DNA of 64,000 nt from positions 248,001 through 312,000 of the forward strand of contig JALDZX010000026.1 of NCBI GenBank assembly GCA_022813865.1, read 5' to 3'. Shown here in pieces: positions 39,389-52,565 of this stretch; the stretch's first letter is position 1, and each line of letters starts with the position of its first letter. A program made the translations under genes and the position numbers. The DNA is from Xylographa opegraphella. Its lineage: Eukaryota. The notes beneath the pieces were generated by a model. The model saw nothing but the letters and a program-made list of their open reading frames with translations. It was not told the DNA's origin and did no database searches.

Positions 39389-41558
39389 TCAAATCTCCAA
39401 ACTTGGCGTCTGTCCCTGCACGCGCCCGATGACGATATCCGCCGCGTACTTGGGGATGACCTCGTCGTCGTGCAGCATCTCAAACTCTGTTTGGAAAATC
39501 AGCAAACTAGCATGGTGTGGGGGTAAGAAAAGAGGGCATACCTTCGGTAGCATCCTTGCCCATGTGGGAGAAGAGAGCCTGGGGCCCACCGGGGTGTTCG
39601 TCCAGCCAATTGGTCACGTCGAGCACGACGCCCTTGACGACGATCCAGAGGTCGTCCTTCTTGTTGTGTTTCGCCACCTCCTCCATCGAGAACTCCTTCT
39701 CCGGCACCTTGAACTCGCTGGGCTCCGAAGGCTTCGACACCTTGCCGGGATCTTTGCTGTCGGCTTTGTCACCTTTCATGACAGGAGCGGCGGATTGCTG
39801 CTTCTGCTGGTTGACGCTGGATTGCGACTGGGAGGAGCTTGAGCTGGATTGACCGTCGGCCCACTCGATGGAGATCTTGCCGGGTGTCGATGGGTCGATG
39901 TGAAGGGAGATTTGGCCAAGACGCTGCGCTGCGGTGGAGATTCCGCCGGTAAGGATCTTCTGGAAAAGATACTCGCTGGCAGAGTCACCAGCAACACGAC
40001 CGTAAACGACGCAGCCGAGGAGTGACGAACCGCCCAGTCGGTTGGCACCGTGGACACCTCCAGCGAGTTCTCCGCACGCGTAGAGACCCTCAAACGGTTT
40101 TGCCTCAGCATTCAAGACCTGAGCCTTGTCGTTGATTTCGATTCCACCCATAGTGAAGTGGAGAACGGGCTCCATGAGGGCGACGTGGAAAGTGTCACTG
40201 ATGTCAAAGGGGAGGTTGTGGAAGAACTTCTTGCCGAATGGGTCCTTCTTCTTCCCATCCGCTATTGCGTTGTAATCCTCAAAGGTCTTTTGTAATGCAG
40301 ATTCGCCGCAACCAATCTCCTTGGCGAGTTCCTTCCCACTCATTTTTTTCATGAGGCCGCGACCTGAGTAATGACGGGTGTGGAAGTCAAGGACATTGGA
40401 GGCCTTGGAGTTCAGCACGAGGCGGATTGGCCATTTCTTGGCCTCCTTCTCCTTCCACATCTCGCCAGAAACGTAATCCCGATGACCCAGTTCGTCGGCG
40501 AAACGTTGACCTTCATTGTTGAGCAGAAGACCACCCTCGCCACGAAGAGCTGCCTTTGTCAGTGAGTTGTCGCGGAGAAATCTGATTATGAAGGTTTTTA
40601 CCTTCAGCAGCCAAGAATTTCCACTTGGAGTCTGGGTCCTTCGGATCCACCAGACCAGTAGGGTGCACCTGAACTTTGTCCAGGTCAATACCTTGACCTC
40701 CGATTTCCATGAGCATTTTCAGCCCGTCTCCTGTTGCGTGGGTACCATTCGTGCTGGCCAGATGGAATGTATCTGGCCTATGTTTCTTGAGCAATGACGT
40801 TTCGGAAAAGTCAGCAGCATAGCCGCCAGTCGCTAACACCACGACGCCATCCACTGAGTTCTTCTCGCCGTTGAACTCGTATGTGACGCCCGTGACCTTG
40901 TTGCCCTCCTTGTTAACCGATGTGACTCGAGCCTTCTTGATAATCTGCACGCGTTCGGGGTCGCTTTCTACAAGCTCCTCGAGACGTTGCATCAAAGCGT
41001 ACGTGATGGCCATTCCCGGGAATTTGGCGTCATGGCCACGGTGAGTACGAGGCTGCGAGTGGCCACTAATATCACCGTTAATAGGCTATATGGAGTCTTC
41101 GAATCCTTGACTGACCCGAGACGGGAGACCAGCGTGAGATCCAGATTAAACACATCCTGAAGCCACTCCACAGCGGAGGCGGATTTGTAGGTCAGGACCT
41201 TGATCAGATCCGGACGTGCCTTGTCCCTTGCGGATTTGAGAGTGTCGTCGTAGAATTGCTTGACACTGTCGGCAATCTTCTCATCGACTTGCGTTCTCGT
41301 CAGTGCCGCATTGATACCGGAAGTCGCCTTTGTGGAATTGCCGCCGAAGAAGTCTGCAGTGGTGGATCAGCAGCCGCAGGTCGAGCAAGGTCGATCTACC
41401 CACTATTTTTATCCAACAGCAAGACGTTCCCACCGTTCAGATATATGGTATGTGCAGCACTAAGACCGGAGACTGTGACCCGGGTCAGCATCGTAGTCCG
41501 CGGGGGTGGAGAATTGTGTCGTACGTCCACCGCCAACAACAATCACTCTTGGGGCCAT
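39389..41558 (-). CDS. OSM1: FAD-dependent fumarate reductase with C-terminal cytochrome b5 domain
   Basis: MAPRVIVVGGGLSG, GGNSTKATSGIN, GGHSQPRTH, VQVHPTG, HFTMGG, HGANRLGGSSL, b5 motif EHPGG; five introns. Confidence 0.92.
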
Positions 41559-42569
41559 GATGTCGGGGCAAGACTTGATCCTTGTAGAGAAAGAATGGAA
41601 TACGGGAACTGAGAGTTCGCAAGATTGGAAAGGAGAGTAGGAAGAAGAGTACGGGGTAGCGGAGGGAAGTAATGCTTGGTCGAAATGGCAGTTTACCTAC
41701 CCTCCTACCGTACCTAAGTTGTTAGTGTATATTTCGACCCCAGGATGCCTCGGCGCCGGTAACGTTCAACCCCACATTGTTCGCGACCGCTTCGGCTAAT
41801 ACGACCGATCACATGGCCGCTAAAGTACCATAAAGTACCTACCTATCATATGGAGTTACCGTGTAGACTCCCACTATACGTAGAACTACTACACATTCTT
41901 GCACAGCATATGGCTTGGATACCTCATTGCTGGCATCTAATCAACCCGTGGGCGAGTCAAATATATGATCCTCAGTTGCTACCGTGCATATCCCACATGT
42001 GCGCAGTCAACCAAACTACCCGCTTCGACCACCAGAAGCTCAAGCGCCAATAAGACTGCGACACCGTTGAACAGCAGAAGCATGTGAAGATCGAACGGCG
42101 TGATCTGGCCAGCTTCGTCCGCGTTTCGAGATGCGCGGAGAGTCATCTGATACAAACACGACCCAGCTGTAGAGCACCGAATGACCGAGGATATACTGAC
42201 TCTGAACGTCTTTGATGGATGCGTGCAGCAGGTGTGACGGGCGAGGAGATGTCTGAGCCAATGGCAAGCACCCATCAGGGCTGCTCCATGCTACCTTATT
42301 GTGTATAATCTCATCTGGAACTGCTGCTATGAGCGCCATACGAATTGTATTGTAGTCACCGGTAGTCCTTCGCTCCTTACCCTCGACCGTGCTTGTTCGC
42401 CGAGTTAACGCGTGAAAGCAGCTGGGAATATGTAATGCGATGCTGACTCAGCTCGCCTGATGATACAAAACGTCATGCGATGCTTGGCGCTGGTCCTGGC
42501 CCGGGATGGAGCAAAGCGCGATACCATCACCGACAAAAGCCCACGTTTCCGAGCACATCGCGACGGAAG

Positions 42570-43267
42570 ATGAAGTGCTCTGGGGTAGTGTTGCTATCTC
42601 TACTGAGCGTACATGTACCATCCACAGTCTGCCAGCTAATATTCCCGCACATAATTAATACACAAGCGCCAGCAGCGAGAATCCTCCAAAGCCCGATCAT
42701 GAATCAGCCCAATATCGCACTTCCGCCCTCGGACGGGGACAAGGACTCGGCGCCTTCAGGAAATGTCATGATATCGGATGTTATCGGGAAGGAGCGTGTC
42801 GTCAACATCTTCGCTGGCTTTACACGGGATATCGAGGCAATCACAAGAAGACTGGACGATCACGAGCGGAACACAACGGTCCTTGCTCCCTTAAATTCGG
42901 CACTCCAGAAACTTCCTCGGAAGCCATGGGAAGATCCCAGAGATTACGGTGCGCTGGGTGAGTCCGCATACGAGGGGCCCGGTGGAGAGGATAGAGCGCA
43001 ACGAAACCTGCAGAGGTTCGTTGAGGCGCACGTAGTACCCACAAGTCCATGGAAGGAAGCAGACAAGGTCGAAACACTTGCAGGTAACAAGGTATGGTGG
43101 GAACGAAAGGAAGGCAAGAGAATCGTGAGTACTCACGGCACTGCCTAGATATTCTGCTGCTGACATCGGCTCAGATACAACCAGGGGATATCGAAGTTTC
43201 GAGTGTCGCAAGTCGAGTTACGAATGGAGAAGTATGGATCATCAAAGGTGTCGTCAATTATGCATGA
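42570..43267 (+). CDS. Secreted FAS1 (fasciclin)-domain protein
   Basis: Signal-like N-terminus, TTVLAPLNSALQKLPRKPWEDP, NLQRFVEAHVVP, last exon NGEVWIIKGVVNYA* after one intron near 43125-43174. Confidence 0.82.
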
Positions 43268-44093
43268 ATCGGGAAAGGATATGAGACATGTATAATGAAA
43301 ATGCGGTGTCAAGAAAGAGACTGCTCCTACATAGCGGTGTGAGCCTATCATTGTAGTGCTGGAAGTGTGTGATGGCGAATATCTCTATATCTATCCAGCT
43401 TCGACCTGGACAGCGGATACCGTGATTTACTCGGTCGAATGATAATACCGCAATAAGGACGCCGAATACTTCAGTCCTACGGGGGAACCAAGCTTGGTTC
43501 CATGCAAAGAGTTGCGGAAACGGCTGCAAAAGCCATTATAGTTCGTAGTCCTATTGAGTGAGGACAGTTTTCCATGTAGAACAACGAGGAGGCAAGACGG
43601 CCGAGAAAATCAATTGTCGATACATGAAGTCTGACCCCTAACAGGTAAGGCGTGCTAAATGGGCAACCCGGGCGGAAGTTGCCGTTCCTCAGACTCGCCT
43701 ATGATGATCATCATCCTTCACGCTTTCAACCTTACGGTTCCTGACATGCCAACCTGGAAATGTGACTTTGTCCTGCCTTCCTCATACCAAACACATCCTC
43801 ATCACTTCTCGAGAGCTACATAGTCACTCACTGTCTGTGACTTGCTACGTTGACCGTAAGCGCAATCCGCCACAGCACTAGAAGGCGCAGAGTGTCTGGT
43901 CTACTCTGCTGCAGCTTTTCAGCGGAGACGGGCTTTATTATCACGCCCATAGTCGATGGGTGAACTGACTGTATCGTTGCGCTTCAAGACGTCTTCTTGA
44001 TCAGCAAAGCACGTCAAATTCGATCCGCTGCCAGCAAGAGAGAAACTGGACTGAACTATTCCAAGCTACACGGGCCTCTTCGGATTGTCCCAA

Positions 44094-47000
44094 ATGGATT
44101 CACAAAATAGCAATGGATGGCCGCCTACTGCTACGCCCAACACCGGCCCTCCTGCGCTTGATCCTCATGGACCCATACAACAGCGAGCCCCTGGAGCGTA
44201 TGCGTAAGTTCCTACACCCATGCTTGTGTTGAGTTCTGTTACCGCTCTTCAGATTTGTCACCCTCTATTGAACCCTTAAGCTAATATCTAGCTATTCACA
44301 TAGGACGACCCACAATCTCCAAGGCCCTCCCATTCACATGAGTCTGCCAGCCTCCCTCCCGCCGCCAGGTGAGCATATCCATCCAGTCTTGCCACGAAGT
44401 AACGCGTTGCTGGCTTTCTCTGTGCGCATCTGGAGATCTCTTGACTGACACTGATTTCGGTAACAGGGCCTTTTTTCAATGCTCCAAGTAATGGGACTTC
44501 CCTGCCAGCTCTTGCAGGCTTGACCCAAGCACCTTCCGCTCAGCCGTCTCATGCGCTTCTGACACCCCCACATCCTCAACAGTCGTCACCAATGGCGCAA
44601 CATCATCAGAATCAAGGGACTGCATACCCTTCGCAGCCGAGCTCCGGTTACTCATTGCCCGGCATCAGTCAAGCGATTCAGCAATCGCCTAGAATGGTAA
44701 CGAGTATTGATAACGATCGTCAGTACCGTGAAATCGAACTTCGTGAGGCGGAGGAGAGGCAACGGCATCAAGAAGCGATGATCCAGCGCGAGCACGAGCG
44801 CGATAGAGAACTTCGACAAGCACAGTCCATGGAGCAACAGCAGTCGCCTCACGAAAATCATGCTGGTTCAATTCCTCTACAGCAACCTATCGCTTCCAGA
44901 ATTCCTTCAACGCTTCATGGTCCGAATGGCATCCTGTCTTCAAATCCCAATGTAGGCGCTGGCTTGAATCAGCTAGCAGCACCTCCCGGCTCGGGGAACA
45001 TCTTTGCCAACGGAATCACCACTCACGATGCTCTAGGAAGAGCGGTAATGCATCAACCAAATCAAAATGTCCCGCCTCCCCAGTTGTTGAGCTTCAATGG
45101 TGGTCCACCGCCCCAGCAACCTCCGAATGGCATGAATGCGCTTTCGCAGGGTCAGCAGCCTATCTTGAACGACGCCCTGAGCTACCTTGATCAGGTCAAA
45201 GTAAGATTCCAAGATCACCCCGACGTCTACAACAAATTCCTCGACATTATGAAGGACTTCAAGAGCCAGGCGATCGACACACCAGGAGTGATTGAAAGAG
45301 TCTCAAGCCTCTTCAATGGCCACCCGGAACTCATACAAGGCTTCAATACTTTTCTGCCACCAGGTTATAGGATCGAGTGTGGCACAAGCGATGATCCGAA
45401 CAGTATCAGGGTCACAACGCCAATGGGTACGACGGTGTCGTCCATGTCGAACATACCAAGTCACGTCAACGGGACATCGAACGGTCCCTTACTCGATCCC
45501 AATGCATCTTCCAGACATGCTTACAATGAGAACGGTTATCGCTCGCTTGACGGGTCATGGGAGCACGGTATCCAATCAAATGCTGTGTTAGACGGTCCTT
45601 TCAGTCCATCTGTGCGATCGGCAAATCCGGCGGTCTATAACCAACAGAATAATTCTCGGCAAGGACAGGGGAATTTTTACAGCTCTCGTGACGATGATCA
45701 TGCTCTCACTGATGCTGCAGTCCTAGCACACCAGCAGGAGCAACGTGGAGTCTCTCAATTGCAAAACGCGGTCAGCGCTGCAGCTGACAATGTTCAAGGT
45801 CGACCTCTCACAATGCAGATATCTCCGAGTGGAGGCCCAGCCGCTACCTTGGGGCAAGCTGTTGAAAGGTTGAGCGGGGTTGGAATGGGCCTACATGTTG
45901 GAGCTCAATTAAGCATGGAGAAAAGAGCACCCGTAGAGTTCAATCATGCTATCAGTTATGTCAACAAGATCAAAGTACGTATCACCCTTTTTTGCTGTCG
46001 CTTAATGCTTAATTCGTATTAGAATCGGTTCGCGACCCAGCCTGAAATCTATAAGCAGTTTCTCGAGATTCTTCAGACTTACCAGCGAGAGTCAAAACCA
46101 ATCCAGGATGTCTACGCCCAAGTTACTCAGTTATTCAACGCTGCCCCAGACCTACTTGAAGATTTCAAACAGTTCCTACCCGAATCAGCAGCCCAAGCTA
46201 AGGCTCAAGCTCAAGCAGCAGCGAGACAGGCCACAGAAGACGCCGCCATGTTGAGCAACGTTCGTGGTGAACCCAGCTACATGGCGGGAATGCCCAACGC
46301 GCAGGCGCACACTCCAAGGCCCGAGACAAAAATGCCACCTATGGGAAATTTTGCACCACCTCCAAGTGTTGGCAAGGAAAACAAGAAGCGCCGTGGTGGA
46401 GCAGGTACACAGATTACAGTAGGAGCATCTGGCTCTGCAGGCCTTGATGCTGGACCTATCTCGGGTTCAAGTCGGAATGCTGTACAGGGTGGCAATGCAG
46501 CCAAAGTGAGTACAGTTTCAATTACTTCGCCGTTGTAAAGCGACCGATTCTTAATCGTAGTCTCAACAATATCCCATGTTTCGCTTGATGTGCTCTTTAT
46601 TCTAGCCATACGCATAACGCAGAGTTTCCATCGATGTGCACACAACCTGACTGAGTCTTCAACTGCTTGTTGGATATCACGCTAACGAATATAACACAGC
46701 GTGCTCGACTTTCATCGATCGTGAAACCAAGCACGGTTGATGCTCCCATGCCTTCTCCAAGCCTTGTTCCAGAGCTTCCGCATCCTTTACCACCCACAAC
46801 AGCATCCGGGCAAGCAGCAGAGGAAATCGCTTTTTTTGATAGAGTAAAGAAGTTTCTTGGGAATAAATCCTCATTCAACGAGTTCCTTAAGCTTTGCAAT
46901 CTCTTTGCACAGGATCTCATTGATAAGAATAACCTTGTCATGAGAGTAGAGGGCTTCATCGGACAAAATCCCGACCTGATGAGCTGGTTCAAGAAATTTG

Positions 47001-49479
47001 TCGGTTATGATGGCTCTGACCAAGTCATTGAGAACCGACCCTTGCAGAGCGAGTCGAAAGTTGTGTTGAGTAACTGTCGAGGTTTGGGTCCAAGTTACAG
47101 ATTACTACCAGGACGAGAGGCATCCAAAAAATGCAGTGGAAGAGATGATATGTGCCGCGCAGTATTGAACGACCAATGGGCTTCACACCCGACCTGGGCT
47201 TCCGAAGATTCCGGATTCGTTTCTCACCGAAAGAATCATTTTGAGGAAGCCCTTCATCGGATTGAAGAAGAACGCCATGATTATGACTTCAATATCGAAA
47301 CTTGCCTCCGAACCATTCAACTACTGGAGCCAATTGTGCAACAAATAAAACTCATGTCTGAAGAGGAACGAATCCATTATAAGCTGCCCATTGGTCTCGG
47401 TGGGCAAAGTGAGGCCATCTTCCAACGCGTCATCAAGAAGATATACGATAGGAAATTAGGAAGCCAGGTAGTTACGGATATGTTCCAAAAGCCTACAGTC
47501 GTATGTCCAATAGTTCTGCATCGTCTCAAGCAAAAGGCGGAAGAGTGGCAGGCTGGACAGGTATGTATCATTTTTCTTACTTGATAGATCCGCTGAGCTA
47601 ATATTACTGCAGCGAGAATGGGAAAAGGTCTGGAGGGATCAGACCCTCAAAATCTTCTGGAAAAGTCTTGACCATCAAGGACTCAGCGCAAGAGCGGAGA
47701 ACAAACGGCAGTACCAAGCTAAGACACTTCAAGCTGACATTATCATGAGATATGAGGAGCAGACACGTCAACGGCTACTACGCTACACCGCCACTCCAAA
47801 GCACCAATTTGATTTCGCCTTCAACGACGTCGAAGTTATCGTGGATGCTTGCCACCTACTCCTGACGTATTTGCACCACTCACACGGGTCTATTACTGGC
47901 GACGTCATGAAGCTTGACAATTTCATGAAGACCTTCATACCGACCTTTTTCGGATTGGACCGCGATACCTTCCTGAAAAGAATGAGTGACGTCAATAACG
48001 ACACGCCAGCTAGTGAAGAAAATGAAGACGAGCAGCCAACATACGATGAGGCTAACGTTCAGCGCGGCCGCCGGGCCGTCAATGGTAAAAAGGGTACGCT
48101 GTTACGAGGCGTGCTAGAGAGAGGGCAAAATGGGAAGCTAGGCCGCAAGGACAAGGAAGGCAGTTCTGCTCTTGAAAGCAAAGAATCTACTCCGGACATT
48201 GCTTCGGTTGAGGAAGACTCTATCACACCAGTCGATACTCCGTGCGAGCAACCATCTCGTCTGGATATTTCCGAGCATAAGTGGATGGAGTACCCAGCAA
48301 CAGGAAACTCTCGGCACAAGCCAAATATTGCTTTCAATGAAGCTTTTGTGCGCGACACTTTCCACTTTTATGCCAATCCCAATATGTACTGCTTCATGCG
48401 GACGTTTCAGCTGCTTTATGAGCGCCTTGCGCATCTGAAAGAAGACGAGCCTCAGGTCCACAGTAATGTTCAAAGGGCGAAGTCATTCAAGCCAGCCTTC
48501 GATCTCAAGTTGGCTGACAAAAGTCCATCCGAGTTCTTCTCTGACACAAGCGTAAATGCGAATTACTACAGTCAGATCTTGAAGAAGTGCGAAGATATCG
48601 CTAGGGGAGAGGAGGAGATGAGCCACGTCGAAGAAACATTCCGTCGATTTTATATGGTTCATGGCTGGGCACTGTACAATTTTGATAAGATGCTCGGGTC
48701 GATACTGCGTTTCGGCTCCTCTATAATGGGCAATGACAACAAGGACAAAAGCGGCGACATTATCAACCTCTTCTACAAAAACCGCAAAGAGAACGAGACG
48801 ACATTTCAGACCGAGATAGATTTTCGCAAGCAGATTGAAAAGTTATCGAAAGAAGATAACCACTATCGAATAAGCTATGTACGCAGGATAGATTCCTCAT
48901 GTTGTAGGAAAAGCTAACGTGAACTAGAATACCTCGACCCAGCACCTCACCATGCAGGTACTCAGGAAAGAGGATAGAACCTTCGACATTCAGGACATGA
49001 ACGCCGTAGCCCGCTGGTCTTACTACGTCTCTTCCTACATCATGCGCGATCCCACCGAAGGCGTCCCGCTATCGATCCGTTGGCCCTTCATGCGGCGTAA
49101 CACCCCTCGCGACTTGGACACGGAGGAAGAGTACGCTCAAAACTTCCTGCCGCAGTGGAACGAAGACGGGCTCATGGTCCGAGTCAGTTCGACCTACCAC
49201 CTCACGTACGACGCCGACACCACGGACTGGTGGGTCCACGACGACAAGGTCCGCCGCCGAGGCGTGTCGGGCGCCGAGAGCATGCGCCTGGAGCGCAAGC
49301 GCCGTTTCGATGAGAAGTTCGTTCAGAACCCGAATTGGGCGGAGGGCTTGACGGCCGATCAGAGAGCTGCCGTCACCCGTCCGTTCTTCCGCCTCGTGAA
49401 CGGCGGCAATGACGCTCCGGGAGGACTCGCATCCGAGCCGGCGCGCTCGGGACTGGATGAGGTTATGGGCGGAGTGTGA
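44094..49479 (+). CDS. SIN3: Sin3 transcriptional co-repressor (HDAC scaffold)
   Basis: PAH1 [16 protein letters not shown]2 [16 protein letters not shown]3 [22 protein letters not shown]...CSGRD...[19 protein letters not shown]; two short 5' exons splice in frame from ATG 44094. Confidence 0.95.
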
Positions 49480-50941
49480 GCGAGCGCAAGGAGGGGTTTG
49501 GATGCATCCGACGGTCTTTGGCTGGCACGTATGGGCGGTGGATCGGTCGGTTCACGATGCGGCGGTGGGTCGTACACGTCATGTACATAGCTCACGTAGA
49601 CGGGACTTTTGCTTGGCTATCTATGTGCTCGACAGCGGCATCTCTCCGTGCAGACCCGACGGCGTGATCTGACTGCTAGCTTCCCATCCATCGACGTCCG
49701 TCCGTCGTTCGTGGCTCCTTTCTCGCAATTGCAGGTGGCGGCGGCATCCGTACGTCCTGACTCTGCCTCTCGGCACAGGGCCTGCCTGGCTGCCGTTCTC
49801 CCTCTCTCCCTCTTCATCCCTCCTCCTGTCCGTTCCCCGTCCACCACCTTTTACCGAGAAGAAACAGACTCGTCTCCATTACATTGCCTTGCCTTCGCAC
49901 CGTGTAGCAGCAACTATCGGTGGCTCTGCCGATTCTCTCTCCTCTCCTCTGCCCTTCCTGGGACTGGACCCTACTCTACTCTAACCCCTTGTCTTTACTA
50001 TAGATGCGGCTTATAACGAGCACGTACGGTGATCCTGAAGGCTCTTCCCGGCTGCATCGCTGGCGCGGTTGTGGGGATGGGGATGGAGCTGGAGGCGCGT
50101 GGGTGCCGGGTGGGGGTGGGGGTCTCGGTAGCGGAGGGAGGGAGGGGAGGGGGTATGGTTCTTGGTAGGGGGTGGGTGGGGGATGCTTGCAGCGGCAGGA
50201 AGGGATGGGGCGGCCGATGGAAAGCGGGGATGAGGCGGGGCCGAGGGGAAGCGGAGATGGGAGTGGAGAGGAAAGGAGAGGAGGGGCTTCGGGGCGCCGT
50301 TATGTGCTTGTTGATTCTTGGAAGCACATAAACTTTTGCCTCTTAGTGGACTCCTGGAGGGGGGTTGAGGTAGATGCAGGGAGTGAGTTCTACGACGGTT
50401 CTTTCACGGGCGGTGATGCTGCAAAGGGAGAGCTTTGCAGAGTGTAACGATTCCGAAAGACAGACAGCACAGGCGGTGAAGCAGCCGGGGGGAATATCTT
50501 TTGGTGGAAAAGACTATGTACAGGATTCGGATATGCGAGAACGCCCCTTGCCTGTCAGCGGCGTCGGGCAGCTTCTGCAGACCTTTCGTACACTTCTCCA
50601 TGTCGCAGGCCTGGGTCTTTCGGCTACTGGGCCCGCATATAATAGGTATTACCGTAGCTTTGAGTTATTGCCTATATGGCGAATGGACCTCGCCCTTCGT
50701 CCCTGCCCTCTCTGGCTTTGCATAAGCCGTGCAGCGTGAGGATTCTTGCTCCAAGGTGCAGATCGGCGGGGAGCTCCGACTGTAGAGTAGAACGGACGGT
50801 TTCACACAGCCGTGAGATCCCAGGGGAGCGTTCCCACTTCCAGGGAACAAGCTATCCGTCGCGCATTCTTCTCTGTGAAGCGTCTTGAGCTTGATTATAT
50901 CGCGACAACATTCATGAACGACTTTCTCAATAAAGCCAAGT

Positions 50942-51970
50942 CTAAGCTGACAAGAGCCCCACAAGTCCTATCACGACCAGAGACAACGGATACAGCGCGG
51001 GACTCCTTGGACTGCTTCCACCCGTCGGGATCTGGCTGGCAGCCGTGATCAAAATAGTCTGCGAGGGGGGTAGCGTGAATGTCGGTGCCATTGTTGCGGT
51101 GGCATATCCATCATAACTATTCGTATATGTATCATATCCTGTGCCATAATATGCTGTCTCCGTCGGCGCTGCACCGTCGTCCGTATACGTCGTGTATCCA
51201 TCATACTCCGTTGGATAAGCGGTAGGATAGGACCAATCCTCCGTGGCCGTAGCTTCCGGATCAGGTAACTCCCCATTCTGACAGGATTGGAGATTGGTCC
51301 AGCCCTGACTGAATTGCGCGATCCACCAGGTGCTCTGGGAGACTAGGTAGTAGTAGTCAAATTCCCACCCCGAAGCGGTGAAGTCGTGGGCTGTCTGGTA
51401 GAATGCAGCAACGCATTCATCGCTGCAGACGTCCGCAGGGTAGGCGAAGTCGGATTCGGATGCGGAGAGGTAGCAGTAGTCGCCCTCGCTGGCAGATTGT
51501 CAGTATATGTTCCCAGTCTTGGTGTTGAGGTGCACTTACCTGTCTTTGCTGCATGCACTTGCGAAATGGTACTGAAATATCTGTCCTACGAGCTGCACTG
51601 GTTGCGTGGTATATTGGCAACAGGCCCCGCCAAGGGATTCCTGTGCTTGGTCGCCGGGCTTCGAGCAGACGGCGGTTACGTTCTGAACATAGGCGTCGAG
51701 GGATGCTTTACACGTGCTCGTGCAAGTCGCATTGAGGTCGGCGGCCGTTGGAGCGAACGAGGGGCGCATGGAAGCGACGAGTCCGAGCAAAGTTGGGTCG
51801 CATTCGATGCTGGCACTGTAGGCATCGCGGCAGGCTTGCGAGGTGGTGTTCGTCAGAGAGGTGGAAGTATAGTCCCAGTCTGGCCCAGAGACATTGAGAG
51901 AAAAGGTCGCGACAGTGAATGTGGGAAGGATCGTTAGGAGAATAGAAAGAAATGAGACAGCAGACTTCAT
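50942..51970 (-). CDS. Secreted Cys-rich, probably GPI-anchored cell-surface protein
   Basis: Signal peptide; intron 51489-51539 joins a second exon missed by the ORF track (SEGDYCY...CSDEC...Tyr/Thr-rich stalk...PTGGSSPRSPALYPLSLVVIGLVGLLSA*). Confidence 0.82.
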
Positions 51971-52565
51971 TATATAGAGATGGTATTAGAATTCCCTGAT
52001 CGTATGCTCAGAACAGTAGCGACAGTAGTCAACAATGTGCTTGTCGAGAATCAAAGAATGACGGCAAAGACGAACATTATATGGTACTGAGAAGGAAGTA
52101 TACACGACAAGCCACCCACCGCAGCGATCACATCGTATGGAGCAACATCCTTCCCGACTCGAGAGCGAGTTCGTATTGGAAGCGCTATCACACGGACTTC
52201 TTGTCGCGCCTGCCGGAGCCTTACCGGAAAGGCAACGCCAAGATTCTTGGCCTTATGCCGCAGCGATACTTTAGCCAGCCTCATTTTGAATCCCACGATT
52301 ATATTAGGCTTCCTAATACTGCGGCTTGGAGCAAGCCTTTGCTGAGGCAGCATGGCGATTGATGCCGCTCTTGTGTGCGTCCCCCGAAAGGAACGGTGAA
52401 CATCCTGAAGCAGTGCAGGCTGCCGGGACGGAATACTCCCGCCCTCTGACGCAGCATCATTTGTAAGTCAAATAATAGGCACATTTGTAAACAGCTGTCG
52501 TGGAGCTATATCTCGAGTGGCTGCTCAATACTCTGAGCTTCTACACTCACTAGTGCATCACCATC

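Noticed and set aside
43701..43744. ATGATGATCATCAT palindrome or box C with a downstream CTGA
   Set aside because: Too short for a C/D snoRNA, no terminal stem; a simple trinucleotide palindrome.
46506..46699. 194-nt SIN3 intron as a snoRNA host
   Set aside because: No proper box C (RTGATGA) paired with box D and no recognisable rRNA guide.
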